Positions 1 through 7,632 of a DNA stretch of 64,000 bases are shown piece by piece. This stretch comes from Desulfobacteraceae bacterium UBA2245 (GTDB lineage Bacteria; Desulfobacterota; Desulfobacteria; Desulfobacterales; UBA2245). The translations under genes and the position numbers were made by a program. The first letter of the stretch is position 1, and each line of letters opens with the position of its first letter. The stretch covers positions 93,331-157,330 of the forward strand of contig DDYB01000011.1 of assembly GCA_002347265.1 (NCBI GenBank). Direction: 5' to 3'. The notes beneath the pieces were generated by a model that worked only from the letters and a program-made list of their open reading frames with translations, did not search any database and was not told the origin of the DNA.

Positions 1-126
1 CCTGCGCAAGTCCGCATGCGTCAAGCCAGGACGGCGATGCTCGGATTCATCCTATTGATTTTCGGATTAAATCCGATACCCGATATCCCTTGTAACTATT
101 TTGGGGATATGATAAGTTCCCCGGTT

Positions 127-459
127 ATGAAACATTATGTCATCGATGAACTCAGGCCCGGGGATTACGAAAAACTCAGGATATGCCTGGACGAACGCTA
201 CGGCCCGTGCCGCATGGGCGGAATCTACTGGATACCGCTGCCGGACGATCTGCCGACCGGGCTTCAGGCATCTCACGCGGAATGCCGGCCGCACTACTTC
301 GCCGTTGACCTGGAGTTTGACCGGATATCTTTTGAATTTCTGGTCCGCTCCCAGAACCGGATGCGATGCGATTGCATTGCCTATGCCACGAACGCTCAGC
401 GCGAGTGGCTCATGCGGTTTGCCGACAATCTGATGGAAGAACTCGAACTCATCACCTAG
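127..459 (+). CDS. hypothetical protein (~110 aa, several Cys/His)
   Basis: ORF 16..459. The first ~37 codons look like read-through, so the ATG at 127 (MKHYVIDELRPGDYEKL...) is preferred. No motif I recognise. Confidence 0.45.
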   Translation: MKHYVIDELRPGDYEKLRICLDERYGPCRMGGIYWIPLPDDLPTGLQASHAECRPHYFAVDLEFDRISFEFLVRSQNRMRCDCIAYATNAQREWLMRFADNLMEELELIT

Positions 460-482
460 GCCTGAAGCCGCGGGATTGTACC

Positions 483-1208
483 ATGTTGCGAAGTGTTTTC
501 ATTGCTTTCTGGTCCCTGGTGGTCACCGGTTTCTTCAGCGCGGCCGCCATTGTCGCTTCCCTGCTGGATTCAAGCGGAGAAGGGGCGTTCCGGGTGGCGC
601 ACTCGTGGGCCAGATCCCTTCTTTTTCCCACCGGCATCAAGGTGTACGTCCGCGGTCTTTCCAATATCCGGCCCGGCCGGCCGTACATTTTCATGTCGAA
701 TCATCAGAGCAACTTCGATATTCCGATTCTGATCGCCCATCTGGGCGTATCTTTCCGCTGGCTTGCCAAGGCCGAACTCTTCCGAATACCGCTTTTCGGA
801 CTGGCCATTAAACGTTCGGGATATATCAGCATCGACCGGTCGAACCGGAAGGCCGCCATCGCCAGCCTGAGGCAGGCCGCATCCATCATCCGGTCCGGAA
901 CATCGGTCAGCATTTTCCCCGAAGGAACTCGAAGCCGCGACGGACGCATTCATCCCTTTAAAAAGGGAGGATTCATTCTGGCCGTGGACGCGGGCGTTCC
1001 GGTGGTTCCCATCGTCATCCACGGCACCTGGCCCATCATGTCGAAAAACCGGCTCATGATCCGGCCCGGTCCTGTGAACGTGGAGATATTTCCCCCGGTG
1101 AACGCCTCGGACTATACCCGGAAAAACAAGGACCTGCTTCAGGCGCGCATCGAAAAAACGATTCAGGAAGGATTTCAAAAATACGAGAGGGGGCACCCGT
1201 CGTGCTGA
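483..1208 (+). CDS. plsC: 1-acyl-sn-glycerol-3-phosphate acyltransferase
   Basis: HX4D acyltransferase motif (FMSNHQSNFDIP) and FPEGTRS block. N-terminal TM helix. ATG at 483 preferred over the 366 extension. Confidence 0.85.
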   Translation: MLRSVFIAFWSLVVTGFFSAAAIVASLLDSSGEGAFRVAHSWARSLLFPTGIKVYVRGLSNIRPGRPYIFMSNHQSNFDIPILIAHLGVSFRWLAKAELFRIPLFGLAIKRSGYISIDRSNRKAAIASLRQAASIIRSGTSVSIFPEGTRSRDGRIHPFKKGGFILAVDAGVPVVPIVIHGTWPIMSKNRLMIRPGPVNVEIFPPVNASDYTRKNKDLLQARIEKTIQEGFQKYERGHPSC

Positions 1209-2851
1209 AGATCATCCCCCTGGGCGGACTGGGCGAAATCGGTTTGAACATGATGGTCGTCGAATACCGGGACAGCATTCTGGTGATCGACGCGGGTCTG
1301 ATGTTTCCCGAAGATTACATGCTGGGCGTGGACTTCGTCATTCCGGACATGGAATATCTCCGGCAGAACCGCCACCGGATCGCCGGCGTGGTTTTAACCC
1401 ATGCCCATGAGGATCACATCGGCGCCCTGCCCTATCTGCTGCGGGACCTTCAGGTTCCGGTCTACGGCACCGCGTTCACCCTGGGAATGGTCCGGCACAG
1501 GCTCGAAGAACATGAGCTGCTGGCCCAGGCCCGGCTGTTTGAGATATCCCCCCGGCAAAGCCTGAAGCTGGGCGTCTTTGATCTGGAATTCATCCGGGTG
1601 TGCCACAGCGTGGTGGACGGCGTCGGCATTATCATTCACACGCCCCTGGGTTTGATCGTTCATACCGGCGACTTTAAAATCAACCACACGTCCATCGACG
1701 GGATGCTCACCGATGTGAGCAAATTCGCCAGAGCCGGAGAAGCAGGCGTTCTGGCCCTGCTGTCGGATTCCACCAACGTGGAAAAAGAAGGCTACACCAT
1801 TTCGGACAAGCAGATCGGCGAAACCTTCGAGGACATCATCGACAACAGCACGGGACGGGTGATCGTCGCCCTGTTCGCCTCCAACATCGCCCGGATTCAG
1901 CAGATCATCGACATCGCCCGGAAAACCGGATGCAGGGTCATCATCAACGGCCGCAGCATTGAGATCAGCGTCAGCATCGCCAAATCCCTGGGCTATCTGC
2001 AGATTCCGGAAGGGATGGAAATCGGCATCGACCAGGTCAAGCATTTTCCGGAAGAACGCATCGTCATCATCACCACCGGAAGCCAGGGTGAACCGATGTC
2101 GGCCCTGGTGCGAATGGCCATGGGATATCACAAGCAGATCAAGATCCAGGCCGATGACACCGTGGTCTTTTCGTCCAAATTCATTCCCGGAAACGAAAAG
2201 GCCATTGCCAACATCATCAACAAGCTTTACAAGCTCGGCGCCGACGTCATTTACGAAAAAATCTCCGCGATTCATGTTTCCGGCCATGCGTTCCGGGAAG
2301 AGCTCAAGATGATGATTCACCTGACCCGACCCCGGCATTTCATTCCCATTCACGGAGAATACCGTCATCTGCTGCTTCACAGCCGCCTGGCCGGCCAGGT
2401 GGGCATCCCTTCCGAGCGGATTCTGCTGGCCGAGAACGGCCAGGTGATTGAATTTGACGAAACCGGGGGGAGGATTCAAGGCAGCGTGACGACCGGCCGC
2501 ATCCTGGTCGACGGCAAAGGCGTCGGCGATGTGGGGAAAAGCGTTTTAAAGGAACGCCACGTGCTTTCACAGGACGGGCTGGTGGTGGTCAACATGGCTT
2601 TTGACCGGGAAACCGGAATCGTGATATACGGACCGGAGATCGTCTCCCGCGGATTTGTCTTTGAAAGCGAAACCGGGCATCTTCTGGAAGACGCCAAGCA
2701 GGTGATTCTGGAAATCGTCGGCAAGACGGACGCCGACGTTCCGGACCGGATTGAAAAGATCCGGGCCGCCATGCAGACGGTTCTGAAAAAATATTTTTAT
2801 TTTGCCATCCGTCGCCGGCCGGTGATCCTGCCGTTCATTCTGGAGGTATAA
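1202..2851 (+). CDS. rnj: ribonuclease J
   Basis: N-terminus KIIPLGGLGEIGLNM and MBL motif LTHAHEDHIG in a 549-aa beta-CASP-sized protein. The GTG start overlaps the plsC stop. Confidence 0.9.
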   Translation: MLKIIPLGGLGEIGLNMMVVEYRDSILVIDAGLMFPEDYMLGVDFVIPDMEYLRQNRHRIAGVVLTHAHEDHIGALPYLLRDLQVPVYGTAFTLGMVRHRLEEHELLAQARLFEISPRQSLKLGVFDLEFIRVCHSVVDGVGIIIHTPLGLIVHTGDFKINHTSIDGMLTDVSKFARAGEAGVLALLSDSTNVEKEGYTISDKQIGETFEDIIDNSTGRVIVALFASNIARIQQIIDIARKTGCRVIINGRSIEISVSIAKSLGYLQIPEGMEIGIDQVKHFPEERIVIITTGSQGEPMSALVRMAMGYHKQIKIQADDTVVFSSKFIPGNEKAIANIINKLYKLGADVIYEKISAIHVSGHAFREELKMMIHLTRPRHFIPIHGEYRHLLLHSRLAGQVGIPSERILLAENGQVIEFDETGGRIQGSVTTGRILVDGKGVGDVGKSVLKERHVLSQDGLVVVNMAFDRETGIVIYGPEIVSRGFVFESETGHLLEDAKQVILEIVGKTDADVPDRIEKIRAAMQTVLKKYFYFAIRRRPVILPFILEV

Positions 2852-2894
2852 GACGGACCGCGGAACGCACCGAACCCGAAAACGCACTTTGATT

Positions 2895-5069
2895 ATGCCC
2901 AAAAACATGCGCAAAGAGATTATCGGCATCGTTGTCTTTTTCCTGGTTATTTTCTGCCTGATCAGCCTGCTTTCCTACAGCCCGGACGACCCCTCCTTTC
3001 TGTATGCCGGCGCCGGCGAAAAAACGCACAATCTGTTCGGCGTGGTCGGCGCCCATCTTTCGGGCCTGCTGATCGGTCTGTTCGGTCTGGGCGCCTTCTG
3101 GATTCCCGTTCTGCTTCTGCTGATCTGCCTTCATATTTTCGGAGATCATCCGGGCCACGCCATCTGGCTGACCGCGGGCGGCGGCCTGCTGCTGATTATC
3201 AGCACCGGAAGTCTGCTGGCCTTTCAGCAGGATCACTATGTGATTTTCGGAATCCGGTTTACCTCGGGCGGTCTGGTCGGACTTCCGTTAAAATCGCTCC
3301 TTGCCAAGTACACCAATGTGGCCGGCGGCACGATGACCATGATCGTTATCTGGATCATCGGCCTGATTCTGGCCACCGGCTTTTCGATGATGCAGTTCAT
3401 TCGATACACGTCGTCATCGGCGGTTCGGGTGCCCGGCAAGTTCAAAAATTTTTCCCTGATGTGGAAAGAACGCCGGCGAAAAACGCAGAAACGATCCGAA
3501 GAAAAAAAGCAAAAAACAGCCGCTGACGCGAAGGAACCCCGGATCGCCATCAGAGCCCCGGCGCCAAGGCCCATCAAGGATGTTCCGGTACCCAGGCAGG
3601 AAGTGTTTCCTTTCATGAAAGAGACGGACAAGGATGGATTTCAGCTGCCTTCCGTCGCCTTTCTGGAGGTTTCCGAACCGGTTCAGACAACGGCCAACGA
3701 CGAGAACCTCCGCATGCAGTCCAGGCTGCTGGAAAAAAAGCTGGAAGATTTCGGCGTTCAAGGCAAGGTTTCCGCGGTCATTCCCGGGCCTGTGGTCACC
3801 ACCTTTGAATACGAACCCGCCTCGGGAGTTAAGATCAACAAGGTTGCCAATCTTTCCGACGATCTGGCCCTGACCCTGCGGGCGATCAGCATTCGCATCG
3901 TCGCACCGATTCCCGGAAAGGCCGCCATCGGAATCGAAATTCCCAATGCCGTCCGCGACATCGTCCGTTTCCGGGACATCATTGTATCCGAGTCATTTCA
4001 GAAATCCAAATCCAGGCTGACCCTGTGCCTGGGCAAAGACATCGAAGGCCGCCCCGTCACCGCCGAACTGGAACGCATGCCGCATCTTCTGATCGCCGGC
4101 GCCACGGGCACCGGAAAAAGCGTCGCCCTCAACACCATGATCTGCAGCCTTCTGTACAAATCAACGCCGACGGATGTAAAATTCATCATGGTGGACCCCA
4201 AGCGCATCGAGCTTTCCATGTATAACGGCATTCCCCATCTGATCACCCCCGTTGTCACGGATGTCAAGAAAGCCACCCACGCCCTTTACTGGGCGGTGAA
4301 GGAAATGGAAAGGCGCTATGAACTGCTTTCCGAAAAAAAAGCAAAAAACATCGCCCAGTACAACCAGAAGATCGAAAAGGAAACGCCCGGCTCCGAGGAA
4401 CCGCCTTTGGCAAAGCTCCCCTTTATCGTGATTATCATCGATGAGCTGGCCGACCTGATGATGGTGGCATCCCGGGATGTGGAGGTTGCCTTGACGCGTC
4501 TGGCGCAGATGGCCAGAGCGGCCGGCATCCATCTGATTCTCGCGACCCAGAGGCCTTCGGTGGACGTCCTCACCGGAATCATCAAGGCCAACTTTCCGAC
4601 GCGCCTGACATTTCAGGTCTCTTCCAAAACCGATTCGCGCACCATCATTGACGCCAACGGCGCCGAAAATCTTCTCGGAAACGGCGACATGCTGTTTCTG
4701 CCCCCGGGAACAGGCCGCCTGCAACGGATTCACGGCGCCTATATTTCAGAGCCCGAAATCACCCAGATTACGGAATTCCTCAAGAAACAGGCTCCGCCGG
4801 ATTACGACGCCAGCGTGATCACGCCGCAGGAAACCGATCAGGAAGATCCTTCAGATCCGGAAGCGCACGATGAGCGTTACGACGACGCCGTGGCGCTGGT
4901 GACCCGAACGCGCCAGGCCTCAATTTCAATGGTTCAGCGGCACCTGAGAATCGGTTACAATCGTGCTGCCAGAATTATCGAAATGATGGAAAAGGAAGGA
5001 ATCGTCGGACCGTCCGACGGCGCCAAAACCAGAGAGGTTCTGGTTCAGGGATATGATGATATGGATTGA
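2895..5069 (+). CDS. ftsK: DNA translocase FtsK
   Basis: N-terminal TM helices, charged/proline linker, Walker A GATGTGKSV, and C-terminal winged-helix gamma domain (ISMVQRHLRIGYNRAARIIEMME). Confidence 0.92.
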   Translation: MPKNMRKEIIGIVVFFLVIFCLISLLSYSPDDPSFLYAGAGEKTHNLFGVVGAHLSGLLIGLFGLGAFWIPVLLLLICLHIFGDHPGHAIWLTAGGGLLLIISTGSLLAFQQDHYVIFGIRFTSGGLVGLPLKSLLAKYTNVAGGTMTMIVIWIIGLILATGFSMMQFIRYTSSSAVRVPGKFKNFSLMWKERRRKTQKRSEEKKQKTAADAKEPRIAIRAPAPRPIKDVPVPRQEVFPFMKETDKDGFQLPSVAFLEVSEPVQTTANDENLRMQSRLLEKKLEDFGVQGKVSAVIPGPVVTTFEYEPASGVKINKVANLSDDLALTLRAISIRIVAPIPGKAAIGIEIPNAVRDIVRFRDIIVSESFQKSKSRLTLCLGKDIEGRPVTAELERMPHLLIAGATGTGKSVALNTMICSLLYKSTPTDVKFIMVDPKRIELSMYNGIPHLITPVVTDVKKATHALYWAVKEMERRYELLSEKKAKNIAQYNQKIEKETPGSEEPPLAKLPFIVIIIDELADLMMVASRDVEVALTRLAQMARAAGIHLILATQRPSVDVLTGIIKANFPTRLTFQVSSKTDSRTIIDANGAENLLGNGDMLFLPPGTGRLQRIHGAYISEPEITQITEFLKKQAPPDYDASVITPQETDQEDPSDPEAHDERYDDAVALVTRTRQASISMVQRHLRIGYNRAARIIEMMEKEGIVGPSDGAKTREVLVQGYDDMD

Positions 5070-5166
5070 GTATTTCTATTCAAACGCGTCCGCTTGCGGC
5101 TGCCCGGAAGCGTGCTCCGTCCTGAAAAACGGCGGGTTGAAAAAAAGAGGCCTGAAGATTTAAAAT

Positions 5167-5197
5167 GGAAAAGGCGGCAAGCGGTGCCGCCTTTTCC
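5167..5197. terminator. bidirectional hairpin terminator between convergent ftsK and hsp20
   Basis: Perfect 13-bp stem GGAAAAGGCGGCA / TGCCGCCTTTTCC with a 5-nt loop. A/T runs lie at both stem ends. Confidence 0.55.
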
Positions 5198-5237
5198 GGT
5201 TGCTGTGCAGCCCCGTTCCCGCAGGCGTTTCAACCGA

Positions 5238-5687
5238 TCAGGTTACGTCGATGGATATCTGTTTGGGCTTCTTTGCCTCGGATTTGGGGACTTCGATCTT
5301 CAACACGCCATCCTTGAAACCGGCCTTGATGCTTTCCGGATTCACATCGGTCGGCAAGGAAAAAGACCGTTGAAAACTGCCGAAGCTTCTCTCCCTCCGG
5401 TAATAATTCTCCTCCTTTACCTCGCTGTCTACCGAACGCTCCCCCTTGATCGTCAGAATATTGTCCTTGACCTCGATGGATATATCCTCCTTTTTCACGC
5501 CGGGAAGTTCGGCGGTGACCACGATGGCGTTTTCCGTATCGCAGATATCGACCATCGGACGCCATGCGCCGAGCGAAAGGTCATCTCCTTCGGCGGTTTT
5601 TCTGGGGAAAACATCGTTAAACAAACGGTTGATGTTGCTCTGCAGGTTAATGAGTCCTCCATAAGGTTCCCAACGAATCAGCGACAT
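5238..5687 (-). CDS. Hsp20/alpha-crystallin family small heat-shock protein
   Basis: 149 aa with an alpha-crystallin core (AIVVTAELPGVKKEDISIEV ... GVLKIEVPK). Strong SD GGGAGG lies upstream of the ATG. Confidence 0.9.
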   Translation of the reverse strand: MSLIRWEPYGGLINLQSNINRLFNDVFPRKTAEGDDLSLGAWRPMVDICDTENAIVVTAELPGVKKEDISIEVKDNILTIKGERSVDSEVKEENYYRRERSFGSFQRSFSLPTDVNPESIKAGFKDGVLKIEVPKSEAKKPKQISIDVT

Positions 5688-5706
5688 AATTTCACCTCCC
5701 TTTTTT

Positions 5707-5729
5707 GTTTGATGGAATTGAAATCAAAC
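5707..5729 (-). promoter_or_regulatory. inverted repeat GTTTGAT-N9-ATCAAAC in the hsp20 leader
   Basis: 7-bp arms read directly from the sequence. It lies ~10 nt upstream of the SD and between the repeat element and the hsp20 start. Confidence 0.3.
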
Positions 5730-5736
5730 TCCATAT

Positions 5737-5888
5737 GATTTAGCAGGCTGTTGAAAAACTGCGCCTGAGGCCGCCGTTCAGCGTTGCGCGGCTTCCGCCA
5801 ATGCTCACATATGCTTGAATATGCTGCGCTTGTCGTATCGCCGCGCGCCTTGCCTGACGGCCTGATTCTTGTTTTTCAACACCCTGTT
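5737..5888. repeat. interspersed imperfect-palindromic element, copy 1
   Basis: Near-identical to 30222..30372 in the same orientation (8 substitutions plus a 1-nt indel by hand alignment). Terminal inverted repeats are CAGGCTGTTGAAAAAC / GTTTTTCAACACCCTG. Confidence 0.85.
5785..5800 (-). promoter_or_regulatory. sigma-54-like -24/-12 motif (TGGCGGAAGCCGCGCA) inside repeat copy 1, facing hsp20
   Basis: GG-N10-GC spacing as in the consensus TGGCAC-N5-TTGCA. The same motif is at the same position in copy 2. Confidence 0.35.
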
Positions 5889-6395
5889 AGAACTATAATC
5901 AACACGAACAGGGCGTTGATCGTTCAGTCGCGCGTCACTGGAGCGGCGCATTTTCGAAAACCATCCGTTGCGTGAAATCGAAACAAGGGTCGATCATGTT
6001 CCGGAGCAGATGCGGCGATAAGCGCCTTACGGTGGACGGCGCGCTGCCGGAAGACAGGGCGTCGACGATACACTTTCATCCGGAGGATTCCGGCGGCAAA
6101 TCAGATGAAGACGATCAGAGACTCAATCCAACCTCAGACTTTCGCGGGCGGCATCGAACGAATGACGCCCCTGCATCCGCGACGGATCAGAATGCCCGAT
6201 TGTATGGATAGGGGGAAGAACAACGAGCTGAGCTTTGCTGCATTGAGCGTGCATTGAAGGCAGGAAAGTTTTTTTCTTTTACAATCTCTGCTCGGGCCGG
6301 GACAGGCCTTAGAGAGCCGGGCGCCTTTAAACAAAGAAAAACATTCCCCGCGCAGAACAAACCGGAAGGATGGATCGGAACGCCGGCCATTCCGA

Positions 6396-6590
6396 CTATA
6401 CCGCGGCCCGGCTGTTAATGCTGAATCGTCCCTCGTCGGAGTAATCGATCGCGGAAGAAATTTCCGATTCCCCCCCCTCTTTAAAAGACAGGTAAAGCTC
6501 CTGAACGGCCTGCAGCATACGGCAATCTTTAAAGCATCGATCCTTTGATTGATTTCTCATCGAGCATCTTTTGCAGGGAGAAGCTATCAT
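6396..6590 (-). CDS. small hypothetical protein with a C-x2-C-x9-C-x3-C motif (64 aa)
   Basis: ORF 6396..6632. The ATG at 6590 is preceded by GGAGG at 6-nt spacing. Sequence MIASPCKRCSMRNQSKDRCFKDCRML... with an acidic C-terminal half. Confidence 0.4.
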   Translation of the reverse strand: MIASPCKRCSMRNQSKDRCFKDCRMLQAVQELYLSFKEGGESEISSAIDYSDEGRFSINSRAAV

Positions 6591-6692
6591 GGGCATCCTC
6601 CATTCTCTAAGGGATTCAATAAATGACTTCAAAGGCGTTTATTTTTTATCCGAGGTTGTTGAATTTCTTTTAGCACTATTTAAAAGCGATTG

Positions 6693-6760
6693 TATATAGG
6701 GGAAGGTGCTCAATTTATATAGGGGAAAATCCCATGAAGCGTGACTCTATAGGGGGAAAA
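6693..6760. repeat. three direct TATAGGGG(A/G)A boxes in a divergent intergenic region
   Basis: The core TATAGGGG occurs at 6695, 6718 and 6748 (spacing 23 and 30 bp) in an AT-rich spacer between the small Cys ORF and the MBL gene. Confidence 0.45.
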
Positions 6761-6885
6761 ATCTCAAAAATGAAAATCGGATTCAAATTCCTATGAGAAA
6801 TTTTCGAGCCGCATTCAAACCGGTTCATCGAACATCGTTGCATCAGCCGGCCAAACGTTTTAAAATATGACCCTGATAATTTCCT

Positions 6886-7590
6886 ATGGGAGTTTTATGC
6901 CGAATGGTTCCACTCAAAATGAAAATCATGGACGATCTCTGGCAGGTTGCGGGAGACGGATTCACCGCTCCCGAAGATGCGGCGGGCTATCTGATTCGAT
7001 TCGGAAAATCCGCAGCCCTGATCGATGCGGGAACGGGAAAGCGCCATGACCGGCTGGTTCGGAACATCTCCGCATGCCTGCCGCCTGAAACAGGAATTGA
7101 GTGCCTTTTCCTGACCCACTGCCATTACGATCATGCCGGAGGCGCGGGGGGCATTCGAAACCATTACGGCTGCAGGATTGTCGCGCACGCCCATGATGCG
7201 GTCTTTCTTGAAGCGGGCGACGGTTTAACCACGGCGGCAAAATGGTACGGCGCCGTACAGGACAAAATTGCGATCGATCAAAAGATCCATGCCGAAGAGG
7301 CTGAATTTGCGGTGGGAGATGGGCGTATCACGGCTTATTTCTGCCCGGGCCACTCTCCGGGATCTCTGGTTTATACGGCCGAGTTAAACGGATTCAGGGT
7401 TCTCTTCGGGCAGGACGTCCACGGCCCCCTGCACAGGGATCTGAAATCCGACGCCCGGGCCTATGCAGGGTCGCTCGAATTTCTTTTAAGCCTGAACGCC
7501 GACATACTCTGCGAGGGTCATTTTGGAGTTTTCCGGGGAAAAGAATCGGTTCGAAGATTTATTTCTTCCTACCTGCCCGGACGCGTCTGA
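6886..7590 (+). CDS. MBL-fold metallo-hydrolase
   Basis: HxHxDH motif (LTHCHYDHAGG) with later CPGHSPGS and EGH ligand-like motifs. The start is uncertain (ATG at 6886, 6919 or 6928). Confidence 0.8.
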   Translation: MGVLCRMVPLKMKIMDDLWQVAGDGFTAPEDAAGYLIRFGKSAALIDAGTGKRHDRLVRNISACLPPETGIECLFLTHCHYDHAGGAGGIRNHYGCRIVAHAHDAVFLEAGDGLTTAAKWYGAVQDKIAIDQKIHAEEAEFAVGDGRITAYFCPGHSPGSLVYTAELNGFRVLFGQDVHGPLHRDLKSDARAYAGSLEFLLSLNADILCEGHFGVFRGKESVRRFISSYLPGRV

Positions 7591-7632
7591 AACAAAACGG
7601 CACATCAACGCATCAAGCAGGGAGATTTGCAA

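Noticed and set aside
5784-5975. ORFs starting inside the palindromic repeats (5784..5975, and the start of 30268..) share the peptide CSHM[LP]EYAALVVSPRALPD, which could suggest a conserved small protein.
   Set aside because: The shared peptide is simply the shared nucleotide repeat translated. The ORFs diverge immediately outside the repeat and have no SD.
6693-6760. The three TATAGGGG repeats considered as a mini CRISPR array.
   Set aside because: The repeats are only ~10-12 nt, spacers are 11-20 nt, there are three copies, and no cas genes are present. A regulatory-site array is more plausible.
6837-6853. Sigma-54-like motif TGGCCGGCTGATGCA (minus strand) upstream of the small Cys-protein gene. 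A similar TGGCCCCAACAGCTTG occurs near 39910.
   Set aside because: The GG-to-GC spacing is one nucleotide off the canonical GG-N10-GC in both cases.
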